Part shown: piece after piece, positions 14,001-20,277 of the stretch
Layout of the letters: the number at the start of each line of letters is the position of its first letter
How positions within the stretch are numbered: position 1 is the first letter of the stretch
Source of the DNA: Eledone cirrhosa
Taxonomy: Eukaryota
Assembly: GCA_964016885.1 (NCBI GenBank)
Contig: OZ024740.1
Coordinates: forward strand, 245,210,001 to 245,274,000
Reading direction: 5' to 3'
Length of the DNA stretch: 64,000 nucleotides
The notes under the pieces: generated by a model
Seen by the model: the letters and a program-made list of their open reading frames with translations, nothing else
What the model was told of the DNA's origin: nothing
Database searches by the model: none
Made by a program: the position numbers and the translations under genes

Positions 14001-14812
14001 ACTGCTGATGATGTTGTTGGTACTGTTGCTACTGCTGATGATGTTGTTGGTACTGTTGCTACTGCTGATGATGTTGTTGTTGGTACTGTTGCTACTGCTG
14101 ATGTTGTTGTTGTTGGTACTGTTGCTACTGCTGATGATGTTGTTGGTACTGTTGCTACTGCTGATGATGTTGTTGGTACTGTTGCTGTTGCTGATGATGT
14201 TGTTGGTACTGTTGCTACTGCTGATGATGATATTGTTGGTACTGTTGCTACTGCTGATGATGTTGTTGTTGGTACTGTTGCTACTGCTGATGATGTTGTT
14301 GTTGGTACTGTTGCTACTGCTGATGATGTTGTTGGTACTGTTGCTACTGCTGATGTTGTTGTTGGTACTGTTGCTGCTGCTGATGATGTTGTTGGTACTG
14401 TTGCTACTGCTGATGATGATGTTGTTGGTACTGTTGCTACTGCTGTTGATGATGTTGGTACTGTTGCTACTGCTGATGATGTTGTTGTTGGTACTGTTGC
14501 TACTGCTGTTGATGTTGTTGGTGCTGTTGCTACTGCTGATGATGTTGTTGTTGGTACTGTTGCTACTGCTGATGATGTTGTTGTTGGTACTGTTGCTACT
14601 GCTGATGATGTTGTTGGTACTGTTGCTACTGCTGATGATGTTGTTGTTGGTACTGTTGCTACTGCTGATGATGTTGTTGGTACTGTTGCTACTGCTGATG
14701 ATGTTGTTGGTACTGTTGCTACTGCTGATGATGTTGTTGGTACCGTTGCTACTGCTGTTGATGTTGTTTGTACTGTTGCTACTGCTGATGATGTTGTTGG
14801 TGCTGTTTTCAC
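2072..14812 (-). CDS. Putative mucin-like PTS-repeat ORF or giant exon, (AVATVPTTSS)n, 4246 aa; coding status uncertain
   Basis: Uninterrupted Thr/Ser/Pro-rich frame typical of mucin PTS domains, with a possible donor CA|GTAATT at 2096/2095. Against: GTG start, an in-frame TAG two codons upstream (14816-14818), no signal peptide, no polypyrimidine acceptor, and the last codons lie in an antisense SINE. Confidence 0.35.
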   Translation of the reverse strand: MKTAPTTSSAVATVQTTSTAVATVPTTSSAVATVPTTSSAVATVPTTSSAVATVPTTTSSAVATVPTTSSAVATVPTTTSSAVATVPTTTSSAVATAPTTSTAVATVPTTTSSAVATVPTSSTAVATVPTTSSSAVATVPTTSSAAATVPTTTSAVATVPTTSSAVATVPTTTSSAVATVPTTTSSAVATVPTISSSAVATVPTTSSATATVPTTSSAVATVPTTSSAVATVPTTTTSAVATVPTTTSSAVATVPTTSSAVATVPTTSSAVATVPTSSSAVATVPTTTTSAVATVPTTSSSAVATVPTTSSAVATVPTTTTAAVATVPTTSSAVATVPTTTSSAVATVPTTSSAVATVPTTSSAVATVPTTSSAVATAPTTSTAVATVPTTTSSAVATVPTTSSAVATVPTTTSTAVASVPTTTAAVATVPTTSSAVATVPTTSSSAVATVPTSSSAVATVPTTPSAVATVPTTTTAVATLPTTTSAVATVPTTTSSAVATVPTTSSAVATVPTTTSSAVATVPTTTSSAVATAPTTSTAVATVPTTTTSAVATVPTTTSAVATVPTTTSSAVATVPTSSSAVATVPTTTSAVATVPTSSAVATVPTTTSSVVATVPTTTSSAVATVPTSSSSAVATVPTTYSAVATVPTTTSAVATVPTSSAVASVPTTTAAVATVPTTTSAVATVPTTSSAVATVPTTSAAVATVPTTTSAVATVPTTTSSAVATVPTTSPSAVATVPTTTSSAVATVPTTTSAVATVPTTTSSAVASVPTTTAAVATVPTTTSAVATLPTTSSAVATVPTTTSAVATVPTTSSAVATVPTTSAAVATVPTTTSAVATVPTTTSSAVATVPTTSSAVATVPTTTSSAVATVPTTTSSAVATAPTTSTAVATVPTTTSAVATVPTSSTAVATVPTTSSAVATVPTTSSAAATVPTTSSAVATVPTTSSAVATVPTTTTSAVATVPTTTSSAVATVPTTSSAVATVPTTTTAAVATVPTTSSAVATVPTTTSSAVATVPTTSSAVATVPTTSSAVATVPTTSSAVATAPTTSTAVATVPTTTSSAVATVPTTSSAVATVPTTTSTAVASVPTTTAAVATVPTTSSAVATVPTTSSSAVATVPTSSSAVATVPTASSAVATVPTTTTSAVATVPTTTSSAVATVPTTTSSAVATVPTTTSAVATVPTTTSSAVATVPTTTSSTVATVPTSSSAVATVPTTSSAVATVPTSSAVATVPTTSSAVATVPTTSSAVATVPTTTSAVATVPTTSSAVATVPTTSAAVATVPTTTSAVATVPTTTSSAVATVPTTSPSAVATVPTTTSSAVATVPTTTSAVATVPTTTSSAVASVPTTTAAVATVPTTSSAVATLPTTSSAVATVPTTTSAVATVPTTTSSAVASVPTTTAAVATVPTTTSAVATLPTTSSAVATVPTTTSAVATVPTTSSAVATVPTTSAAVATVPTTTSAVATVPTTTSSAVATVPTTTSSAVATVPTTTSSAVATVPTTTSSAVATVPTTTSSAVATVPTTSSAVATGPTTTSSAVATVPTTISAVATVPTTTSSAVTTVPTTTSSAVATVPTSSSAVATVPTTTTSAVATVPTTSSAVATVPTTSSAVATVPTTTSAVATVPTTSSAVATVPTTSAAVATVPTTTSAVATVPTTSSAVATVPTTSSAVATVPTTSPSAVATVPTTSPSAVATVPTTSQSAAATVPTTSSAVATVPTTTSAVATVPTTSSSAVATVPTTTSSAVATVPTTSSAVATVPTTSSAVATVPTTTLSAVATVPTTTPAVATVPTTTSSAVASVPTTTAAVATVPTTTSAVATVPTTSSAVATVPTTTSAVATVPTTTTSAVATVPTTSSAVATVPTTSAAVASVPTTTAAVATVPTTTSAVATLPTTSSAVATVPTTTSAVATVPTTSSAVATVPTTSAAVATVPTTTSAVATVPTTTSSAVATVPTTSSAVATVPTTTSSAVATVPTTTSSAVATAPTTSTAVATVPTTTSAVATVPTSSTAVATVPTTSSAVATVPTTSSAAATVPTTSSAVATVPTTSSAVATVPTTTTSAVATVPTTTSSAVATVPTTSSAVATVPTTTTAAVATVPTTSSAVATVPTTTSSAVATVPTTSSAVATVPTTSSAVATVPTTSSAVATAPTTSTAVATVPTTTSSAVATVPTTSSAVATVPTTTSTAVASVPTTTAAVATVPTTSSAVATVPTTSSSAVATVPTSSSAVATVPTASSAVATVPTTTTSAVATVPTTTSSAVATVPTTTSSAVATVPTTTSAVATVPTTTSSAVATVPTTTSSTVATVPTSSSAVATVPTTSSAVATVPTSSAVATVPTTSSAVATVPTTSSAVATVPTTTSAVATVPTTSSAVATVPTTSAAVATVPTTTSAVATVPTTTSSAVATVPTTSPSAVATVPTTTSSAVATVPTTTSAVATVPTTTSSAVASVPTTTAAVATVPTTTSAVATLPTTSSAVATVPTTTSAVATVPTTTSSAVASVPTTTAAVATVPTTTSAVATLPTTSSAVATVPTTTSAVATVPTTSSAVATVPTTSAAVATVPTTTSAVATVPTTTSSAVATVPTTTSSAVATVPTTTSSAVATVPTTTSSAVATVPTTTSSAVATVPTTSSAVATGPTTTSSAVATVPTTTSAVATVPTTTSSAVATVPTTTSSAVATVPTSSSAVATVPTTTSSAVATVPTTSSAVATVPTTSSAVATVPTTTSAVATVPTTSSAVATVPTTSAAVATVPTTTSAVATVPTTSSAVATVPTTSSAVATVPTTSPPAVATVPTTSPSAVATVPTTSQSAAATVPTTSSAVATVPTTTSAVATVPTTSSSAVATVPTTTSSAVATVPTTSSAVATVPTTSSAVATVPTTTLSAVATVPTTTPAVATVPTTTSSAVASVPTTTAAVATVPTTTSAVATVPTTSSAVATVPTTTSAVATVPTTTTSAVATVPTTSSAVATVPTTSAAVATVPTSSSSAVATVPTTTSSAVATVPTTTSAVATVRTSSAVATVPTTSAAVATVPTTTSAVATVPTTTSSAVATVPTTSTAVATVPTTTSSAVATVPTTTPSAVATVPTTSSAVATVPTTSPSAVATVPTTSPSAVATVPTSSPSAAARVPTTTSAVATVPTTSTAVATVPTTTTSAVATVPTTTSAVATVPTTTTSAVATVPTKSSAVATVPTTTSSAVATVPTTTSSAVATVPTTSTAVATVPTTSSAVATVPTTTSTAVATVPTTTSSAVATVPTTSAAVATVPTTTSSAVATVPTTSSAVATVPTTTSSAVATVPTTSSAVATVPTTSSAVATVPTTSPSAVATVPTTTSAVATVPTTSSAVATVPTTSSAVATVPTTTSSTVATVPTTSSAVSTVPTTSSAVATVPTTTSSAVATVPTTSSAVATVPTTSSAVATVPTTTSSAVATVPTITSSAVATVPTTTSAVATVPTTTSSAVATVPTTTSAVATVPTTTSSAVATVPTTTSSAVATVPTTTSAVATVPTTTSSALATVPTTTSSAVATVPTTTSAVATVPTTTSSAVATVPTTSSAVATIPTTAAVATVPTTSSAVATVPTTTAAVATVPTTTSAVATVPTTTSAVATVPTTTTSAAATVPTTSSAVATVPTTTSSAVATVPTTSSVVATVPTTTTSAVATVPTTSSAVATVPTTSSAVATVATTTSSAVATVPTTSSAVATVPTTSSAVATVPTTSSAVATVPTTTTSAVATVPTTSSAVATVPTTSSAVATVPTTSSAAVATVPTSSSSAVATVPTTTTSAVATVPTSSSAVATVPTTSSAVATVPTTTTSAVATVPTTTSAVATVPTTTSSSAVATVPTTSPPAVATVPTTTSSAVATVPTTSSAVATVPTTTTSAVATVPTTSSAVATVPTTSSAVATVPTSSSAVATVPTTSSAVATVPTTTTSAVATVPTTTSAVATVPTTTSSAVATTSPSAVATVPTTTSSAVATVPTTSSAVATVPTTTSSAVATVPTTTSSAVATVPTTTSSAVATVPTTSSSAVATVPTTSPAAVATVPTTSPPAVATVPTTSPSAVATVPTTSPTAVATVPTTTSSAVATVPTTTSSAVATVPTTSSAVATVPTTTSAVATVPTTSSSAVATVPTTSSAVATVPTSSAVATVPTTSSAVATVPTTTSAVATVPTTSSSAVATVPTTSSAVATVPTSSSAVATVPTTTSSAVATVPTTSSAVATVPTTTSAVATVPTTSTAVATVPTTSVIWGKVN
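2096..14810. repeat. 12.7-kb triplet-built minisatellite, unit mostly 27-36 bp (GTT GGT ACT GTT GCT ACT GCT GAT GAT GTT)n
   Basis: Directly visible. T is nearly invariant at every third base, and unit length varies only in multiples of 3. Confidence 0.98.
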
Positions 14813-15243
14813 TAGCTACTTAGATACTATCTCTTGTTCTTGTTCAGTGAATACATATTTTTGCAAATTGTAAGAGGGTGAGATGTGGTGAGGGAAAAAG
14901 CCATCGTTCCTCAAAGATAAGCAACAACTTTTATCTGTGCTGGTGTCAAAATCCGACTAACAGATTTGCATGATCTTTCTGTTTTTCTTTAGTTTGTTTT
15001 TGTTAATTTGTTGTTGTTGACATGTAGTGAAACTATTTCTTTTCCTGTTGAACCAACTCCGGTATGAAGATAGGTCTACCGAACAGTTCGTTCTTCGGTT
15101 ACATCAGATGTCAGCTTTGAGTAAATTACTTCCAGTTCATTATTAATTGCAACTAATTGGAAGCACTTCTACCACCGTCATTTCATTAATTAAGTGTATG
15201 TGTCACATCTATTCATGTGTGGTCTCATATCCATTATGATAGC

Positions 15244-15314
<71 letters not shown>

Positions 15315-15317
<3 letters not shown>

Positions 15318-15443
15318 CCACCCACTTTTCTCCCGAAGAAGGGCTTATGCCCGAAACGTCCCCCCACCCCACCTCACTCTCAAGAGCGTGAAACTAATAA
15401 ACCTTTGTTTGTACTGCCTCTGTTTTTGTTCCCGTTCCAGTTT

Positions 15444-15448
<5 letters not shown>
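15315..15448 (+). mobile_element. Solo PLE pLTR / 3' end with degenerate minimal HHR, inserted in (TA)n
   Basis: CCCGAAGAAGGGCTTATGCCCGAAACGTC (core variant CCGAAGA, stem II GGGC/GCCC, GAAA, CGTC), then AATAAA. Flanked by (TA)n on both sides. Confidence 0.65.
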
Positions 15449-15491
<43 letters not shown>

Positions 15492-15605
15492 GGAGGTGAG
15501 TTTTATCGTAGCACAATAAAGCAATGCAAATATCAGATAAGTAGCACTCAACAGTTTATTGGACTGGAGAATATATAAGAAGAAAATGGTTAGAAAAGTT
15601 CCATG

Positions 15606-15676
15606 TATTTTATTATGCGCATTTCAAAAACAAATATCATCCAGGGACGATATTTGCGTTATCATCAGATAAAATA
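15606..15676 (-). ncRNA. Type I hammerhead ribozyme (family C) in inverted pLTR
   Basis: Reverse complement of the motif at 18636-18706. Confidence 0.8.
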
Positions 15677-16336
15677 GGGAGACATGATATGAAGCTTAAA
15701 AAAGACACTTGTGAGCAAGGTAGTGTCTAAACAACATATGATAAATTAATTTAAAAGGATATAGGAGACTGGAAAAAGGAAAGGAAGGGGAGAAGGGTAA
15801 GGAAGATGAAGAAAGGAAAAAGAAAAAAGAAGGAAAGGATAACGGAGGAAGATTATAAGAAGGAGGAAGGAGAGAGAAAGAGAAAGGAGAGAAAAGAGAG
15901 AGAGATAAACATTTAAACTGAGAAACGCTGTCTCACACAGAGAGATGACTGAAAAAAACGGTTGTAAAATGTATAAATAAATTAAATAAATTAAATAAAT
16001 TAATAAGATTTTAAATTTAAGTTAATGAGGTTTATGGATAATGATGCTTATGATTACAGATATAGAAATTAAGTATACTATTTATTTAGGGTTTAAATAG
16101 GGAAAGATTTATTAAGAAGTGCAAAAATTTATTTAAAAAGTATTATTAAGATAAGGTGAATGAAAATAAAGTTAGATGATTTAGAAGACGATATAGGGTC
16201 CTAGATTGTTTCAATAGATTGTAATATAAAAAGTAATTATTTAAGTTTATACAAGCATGGAAAGAGAGAAAAACGAAAAAATACGAGGAAGAAAAAAACA
16301 TTACGTCAAAAATTTGTTTACAAAATTCACCTAATG

Positions 16337-17670
16337 CTAATATTAATAGATTTGAAGTAAAAAATTGTAACTTAGTAAACCTTAATATTATCAAGAATAA
16401 TATACTTGATCTATTTAAGCACCATAACCTAAATATTGAATTTGAGAACAACGTTAAATTAGCTAACTTCCTGGATATATCCCTTAATCTTGACACCGGC
16501 CTATATTACCCTTCCCATAAAGATAATGAGAATCTGAATTATGTTAATTATAAATCAAACCACCCTATTAATGTTAAGAATGCTATAGTCAGAAATGTTG
16601 AAAAAAGAATCTCTAATCTATCTTCTAATAAACTTATCTTTGACGTTAAAGCCAATTATTACAATAATGTGCTTTCCAGAGCTGGTTATCCAGACAGAAT
16701 TAAATACAATAATGAAACCAATCATGGCAGAACCTATAGTAACATAGCTAGTTATAAGCATTCCAATAGCATAAAGAGAAGATCTAGATATAAAAATATT
16801 ATTTGGTACAACGTTCCTTTTTCTCTTTTTATTATTAGTAATATTCCTAAACTATTTTTTAGGGCGCTAGCTAATTGCTTCCCTCCTTCACATATTTATA
16901 GTAGGATCTTTAATAAGCATACAATTAAATTCTCTTATTCCACCACTTCCAACATCTCTAACATTATCTCTAAACATAATACTAAAATGTTAAATAATAA
17001 ATCATATCCATCCAACACTGAGCGTCATAGTAATAACAACATTAGGCCCGACGTCAATGTAAACTCTAGACAAGACTCCTTAAATACAAATACGACGTCA
17101 AACGTAATTTCGTTGAATGCTCCTAATACTAATCTAAATCAGGAAACATTAGCACCTCTTGTAGGTAATTTCTCCAATACAATTCCTTCTATAAATAACT
17201 CTGGGCCACTTGCAAATAACTCTGTTAATAATATTAATCGTAAATGCAATTGCCTTAATAGAACTAAATGTCCTCTTAATAATCACTGTCTCGATAATAA
17301 TTTAGTATACGAATGTAAGGTGATAACTAGCACCAAATTCTTACACCTACTTCGGTTCTTCTACTTCCTTTAAGGCGAGGTTATATAACCATTCTTCATC
17401 TTTTAAATACCCACTTAAAAGAACGAACACTGCTCTCTCAGAACTCATCTGATCCTTAAAAGTCAAAAACATTAATTACAAAATTTCTTGGAGAAAAATT
17501 TGCAACGCTTCTCCCTACTTTAATGCTTCCCTATCCAGAACTTGTAATTTATGCCTAGCGGAAAAATTTACCATTATCTCTAATTTTAATTCTATAATAA
17601 ATAGACGCACAGATTTATTTTCGCTTTGTATCCACAAATCGCTTAGGTCTTTTCACAAAGTATATAGCTA
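16337..17670 (+). pseudogene. PLE RT C-terminus plus GIY-YIG endonuclease remnant
   Basis: Translates as NFLDISLNLDTGLYYP..NYVNYKSNHP..RISNLSSN..LSRAGY..IIWYNVPFS..IFNKHTIKFSYS..CNCLNRTKCPLNNHCLDNNLVYECKV..FKARLYNH..CNLCLAEK..CIH. Frameshift near 17340 and an internal stop. Confidence 0.85.
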
Positions 17671-18635
17671 ATTTACTATATAATTAGGATTAAAATCTTT
17701 TTCTCACACAAATATATTTCTTTTACACATATACCCCTTTTTCTACAATATTTCAGTGCATTCTACAAAAGTTCATTCATACTATAACATTTTTGGTCCC
17801 CTAATTGTATCATTTTTTTATTTCTTTTAATCATTTTTTTGTAATTTTTTTAACTATAGCAAATTTCTTCTTGGCGATACAAATTTTTTTCGTTTAAATA
17901 GTTCATCTTTATATCATTTTTTCTCAACATTACTTTTTAGTAGCTTTATCTCCCAATTTTTTTTACTTCAAATCCATTAGGTGAATTTTGTAAACAAATT
18001 TTTGACGTAATGTTTTTTCTTCCTCATATTTTTTCGTTTTTCTCTCTTTCCATGCCTGTATAAACTTAAATAATTACTTTTTATATTACAATCTATTGAA
18101 ACAATCTTGGACCCTATATCGTCTTCTAAATCATCTAACTTTATTTTCATTCACCTTATCTTAATAATACTTTTTTAATAAATTTTTGCACTTCTTAATA
18201 AATCTTTCACTATTTAAACCCTAAATAAATAGTATACTTAATTTCTATATCTGTAATCATAAGCATCATTATCCATAAACCTCATTAACTTTTAAATTTA
18301 AAATCTTATTAATTTATTTAATTTATTTAATTTATTTATAAATTTTACAACCGTTTTTTTCAGTCATCTCTCTGTGTGAGACAGCGTTTCTCAGTTTAAA
18401 TGTTTATCTCTCTCTCTTTTCTCTCCTTTCTCTTTCTCTCTCCTTCCTCCTTCTTATAATCTTCCTCCGTTATCCTTTCCTTTTTTTTTCTTTTTCCTTT
18501 CTTCATCTTCCTTACCCTTCTCCCCTTCCTTTCCTTTTTCCAGTCTCCTATATCCTTTTAAATTTATTTATCATATGTTGTTTAGACACTACTTTGCTCA
18601 CAAGTGTCTTTTTTAAGCTTCATATCATGTCTCCC

Positions 18636-18706
18636 TATTTTATCTGATGAGAACGCAAATATCGTCCCTGGATGATATTTGTTTTTGAAATGCGCATAAT
18701 AAAATA
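18636..18706 (+). ncRNA. Type I hammerhead ribozyme (family C) with extended stem II
   Basis: TATTTTAT-CTGATGA-[..GCAAATATCGTC/GATGATATTTGT..]-GAAA-TGCGCA-TA-ATAAAATA: perfect 8-bp stem I, 12-bp stem II, palindromic stem III, AUA triplet. Confidence 0.85.
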
Positions 18707-18752
18707 CATGGAACTTTTCTCACCATCTTTTAATTTCTTCTTAATTTCTTCT

Positions 18753-18826
<74 letters not shown>

Positions 18827-18938
18827 TAGATATTTCGCTCTCACTCTCTCACCACCTCACGTTCTCTCTCACTTACACGCACACACACATACACTTACAC
18901 ATACTCTAACAGCGAGCGATTTTACGACTGGCTGTTAG

Positions 18939-19354
18939 AACGAAAGGATGACAGTGGTCATCAAAACCATAGCGTAATGAGGCTGACTGCTTGCAAACGA
19001 GTCGAATATTATTATTATTCGATATAATACTCATAAATACATTTATGTAACCTGCTACATGAGAGCGAGAAATCAAATCATAATTTTGTTTTTAATTTTT
19101 GGCAAAGCCAGCCATAAAATCACTCGGTATGCAAATGAGGTTAATCAGCCGATGTATACTTTAGAAAATATTACATAGTTTCAACAGTTCAAGTGAGTGG
19201 AGGGATGGTATAAAGTCTTGACAAAGAGAAATAACCCAGAAACATGTTGACTGTTTCTCGAGGCCACTGCTTGAACGAACGAATGACGGTGGTCATAAAA
19301 AACATAGCGTAATGAGGGTGTTTGCTTGCAAACGAATCGATTATTATTATTATT
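18939..19354 (+). repeat. Diverged ~80-bp direct repeat (about 18939-19018 and 19275-19354), each copy ending in (ATT)n
   Basis: GATGAC.GTGGTCAT.AAAA.CATAGCGTAATGAGG..G..TGCTTGCAAACGA.TCGA..ATTATT occurs twice. Confidence 0.7.
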
Positions 19355-20275
19355 GGAAACTCCACCTTGGCGTTCTATAAATGATTAGTGGAGGGGAAGA
19401 GCGACGACGTACTTGGGGAAACTCTAGGCGTCGACGAAAATCAACTAGCCAATCTCTTTGGAAGAACTTCTGGGCCGGGGCCTATGGACAACTTCCAGAA
19501 ATCCCTGGCCTGGCAGTGCTACCGAGGAGCTTTGCCAGTTCGGGATAAACTCTACAGGCATGGAGGTGCCGTCAGCCGGGCGTGTCCGAGATGCGCGCAG
19601 AGCGACGAAACCGTCCTGCATGCACTCGTCCAGTGTCCGAGCATTGCTGACTTGTGGGTTTATGTCGAACACCTGCTGTCGTGTGTAGAACGGATCCGAC
19701 TATCAGCTGAGTCCATCGTGAGGATTGCCCCGCCCTCTTCCTTTAGCCGGGAAGGGCAGGCAGTTTTTATCTGTCTGGTGGCCATGGCGAAAGAGATAGT
19801 ATGGTGGACACGTTTGAAAGGGCTGAAGACGAGCACTTACCGCTTCGGTGATGCCCTGATTAACTTTTTCCAATTTCATTTGAAAAGGAAAATCAGGGTA
19901 GAGAGGGAAGTGCTCTCTTCCCAGCTTTTTGTTGAAAGATGGGTGAGAGAAGCAAGAATGGCCCGAGTGAATGGACCTACTCTGAGTATATGCCTGTAAA
20001 TTGAAGGTGGAAAACTGGAGAGGACACTTGCCCTGGTGGTCAGGGTTACCGTGGCTTTTTTTCATGGGCTTTCTTCACGATGGCCCTTGGAAGTCTCCCC
20101 CCTATTGGGGAATTTTTCATTGTTTTTTTATTACATCCTCTGTTTTTTGTTTTTTTTACACGCAGAAATGCCCATCTGCACCGTCCTGTATTGTCCTGTA
20201 CTGTCCTTAATGCGTACTTTGTGTAAACCCTTGTGGTTAATAAAGAGAGCAATATTATTATTATTATTATTATTA
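19355..20275 (+). mobile_element. Tx1/L1-clade LINE, 5'-truncated (C-terminal zinc-binding region plus 3' UTR)
   Basis: ORF 19388-19999 has LPVRDKLYRHG..CPRCAQSDETVLHALVQC, then AATAAA and an (ATT)n tail. Near-identical to 55740-56650. Confidence 0.9.
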
Positions 20276-20277
20276 CT

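Larger units (their letters stand above)
15489..18755 (+). mobile_element. Penelope-like element (Nematis-like architecture), 5'-truncated, with inverted pLTR
   Basis: Arms of ~750 bp in inverted orientation (15590-16336 vs 17975-18722) surround an RT-thumb plus GIY-YIG coding remnant. (TA)n on both sides and an HHR in each arm. Confidence 0.85.

Noticed and set aside
2096-14810. CRISPR-like regular repeat
   Set aside because: No unique spacers, no cas genes, eukaryotic context.
2076-14873. Plus-strand 4265-aa (VVGTVATADD)n and 4241-aa poly-L/M/V ORFs
   Set aside because: Shadow frames of a triplet repeat. They start inside a SINE or the repeat itself and have implausible composition.
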